A model generated the notes under the pieces. It did no database searches and had not been told where the DNA came from. It saw nothing but the letters and a program-made list of their open reading frames with translations. This document shows, in pieces, positions 62,008 to 64,000 of a stretch of 64,000 nucleotides of DNA. The stretch comes from Raillietiella orientalis (Eukaryota). Location of the stretch: contig JAYWIR010000022.1 in NCBI GenBank assembly GCA_036172245.1, positions 1,364,001 to 1,428,000 of the forward strand, given 5' to 3'. Both the position numbers and the translations under genes were made by a program. Within the stretch, counting starts at the first letter, position 1, and each line of letters starts with the position of its first letter.

Positions 62008-64000
62008 TGGACAGACTCTCAGACAAGACTGCAGGTCACTACTGAGTGAAACCGCTTCTTGAACGCTCAAATGAACCTCGATGATCTGAAGGTTGGAGAA
62101 AGAGAAAGCTGGAAGTGTCGATTCCGGTCAAATGAAAAATTATCCTTTTCGCTGATACGCTTTAGCATTAGATATCAATCAGAAGGATAGGTTGTTCTCC
62201 AGCTGATTCCCATCTCTGAGGTGAGCTTGAGCTTTAAGATTTTAAAAAGATTCTGCTATAGTGAAGTTCCGTCATCTTTAGACGCTGACCAGGACACCTT
62301 CAGAAAATTTGTATTGAAATCTCTTAGGAAGAGGGATCGTTCGAGATCTTACGAATCTGGGAGTCATGTTGATTTTCCCCTCTGAATCGCAGCGCCGTAC
62401 CGTACTTCGAAACGGCATGATGTGAAACCTCCATCATGATATCCATCTCGGAATCTCTAGATTTTCATAGCATGATCATCCAGCTCGATTGCTACTTTGG
62501 AAAAAGATGTGCATTCCCGCTGGCGCATGTTTATCTGGCGTCTGTCTGTCGACCTCGCTGCTGTTGGTTGGTTGGTCAGCTGCGTACGCGCACGTACCAG
62601 CTCAGATTTCAAGTTCATCATTCAATCTGTCTGTTCTGAGCGCACACCAGTGAAAAACCCCGTTTGCTGCAGCGACTCCTCTCCGTGGTTTGATTTTAAG
62701 AAAGTTCTGATGGAATTTTCATTGCCCGTTCTTTGTTCCAACTAATTTAGCAGCACATCCTACAGAAATACCCATTTGTTTCCGCAATTTAATAATGCTT
62801 GCGCTTAATAATAACAGTGATGCTTAATTTCCTATCTCGAGGAAGTCGATTACTATCTTAATTTCATGCCTGAGAAACCTGATTTCCATGTCAAACGCTT
62901 GTATGTAGTTTCCTAATGGAGACTGCAATCGGCCATTTATTTCCTATCCAATTTCCTTCAGCTCCGGAGGATGAATACACATCGACTCGCGGGCCAGAGT
63001 TGCAGCACAAATGCATTTGTATTTATTTCTCGCTTTCAAATGTGCTGGTGTTCGTTAGTCTGCAAAACGAAGGTCCGACACCATATTTTGGTACAATCGC
63101 CCCTCCGGATCACCCTACTTAGTAAACAGTTCGTTCTGTGATGCTTTCGAGGGATGCGCGGAAAGGGACAGGGACTGCTGAAGAATCTCCAGGAGGTGGC
63201 TTACAGAAATATCGCGTGATGTTGAATACTCTACAAGTGCTTCTGGATTCTCGAGGGAACGGGAGAAGTAGAAGTGATTGAACGGTTCTCCAAAATTTTC
63301 TGAAGGAGAGCTTGAAGGAAAATCAGCAACTGATTTTCACGTCGATATCGTCAGATACAGCAATAGAATTTCGGCACACATCCTTGTTTTGAAACCATTG
63401 AAATTTCCGTCACGTTTTGAGAGGCTTGCTAACTGATCTTGCGTGCAGCATCCGAAATTTAGTGAAAGCTTCATTCTGAAGAAACATCCATGCTTCAGGA
63501 GTGCTTTCGTGTGCAAATCCACATTTTGCAATCTCTTCCTTCTTTTGGTCCATAACATTTCTAAACCGCAAAAGATTTTTCACTCCGAAAGATTAACAAA
63601 ATCAGTGAATTGGTTATTTTCTAGAAAATGGATTTCGGAAAATGACGCTTGCGTATATTTTTGTAACTTTTGTAGTAATATTCTGGATGGAAACGCCTTG
63701 GTAGAAAAAAAAAAAAATACTTAGAACGAGATTCAGTTCCATTTCGAAGACTTGGGTGCAAAATCAAAACCTCAGGAAACCTAACGGTTAATGCTGTGTT
63801 AGGAAGAACGTCTCCACTTCCCTTCCAAATTTTCCGCTAGTTCTTGTACGAACAGTCGCATTCACATCTTCTGAAGTAGAACTCTCACCTCTCAGAGACA
63901 GCCTCGCTGAAAAGTACCACAAGCTGAATTCCAAAGCACAGAGGAGCTCATTTGAATTCCCGTGCTTGTTTTGCATTATCGGTGCTTCCATAAAGACATG

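Noticed and set aside
1..64000. CRISPR arrays, operons, rRNA genes or prokaryotic defence systems
   Set aside because: No regularly spaced repeats, rRNA-like sequence or dense coding organisation. The window is spliceosomal-intron-rich eukaryotic DNA.

Overview
Eukaryotic, arthropod-like genomic DNA. Nearly all ORFs in the supplied track are spurious. The main feature is one intron-rich minus-strand gene, with six exons found by eye at 40652-40601, 35094-34991, 24043-23833, 16725-16564, 10163-10035 and 3727-3443. All introns are GT-AG with compatible phases. The spliced product (943 nt, 314 codons) is a signal peptide plus three Ig domains of the Dpr-interacting protein (DIP)/Lachesin family, most like DIP-delta from recalled sequence. 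Its C-terminal/GPI exon could not be placed. The window also holds a disabled orphan histone H2B copy (~60477-60868), three copies of a ~700-bp tRNA-headed SINE-like repeat (one split by a ~1-kb insertion), highly decayed retrotransposon remnants, and several clusters of short, apparently templated duplications or inversions. I found no convincing novel multi-gene system. The most interesting items are the SINE family, the inverted duplication inside the H2B pseudogene, and a twin perfect hairpin at 22487-22586.
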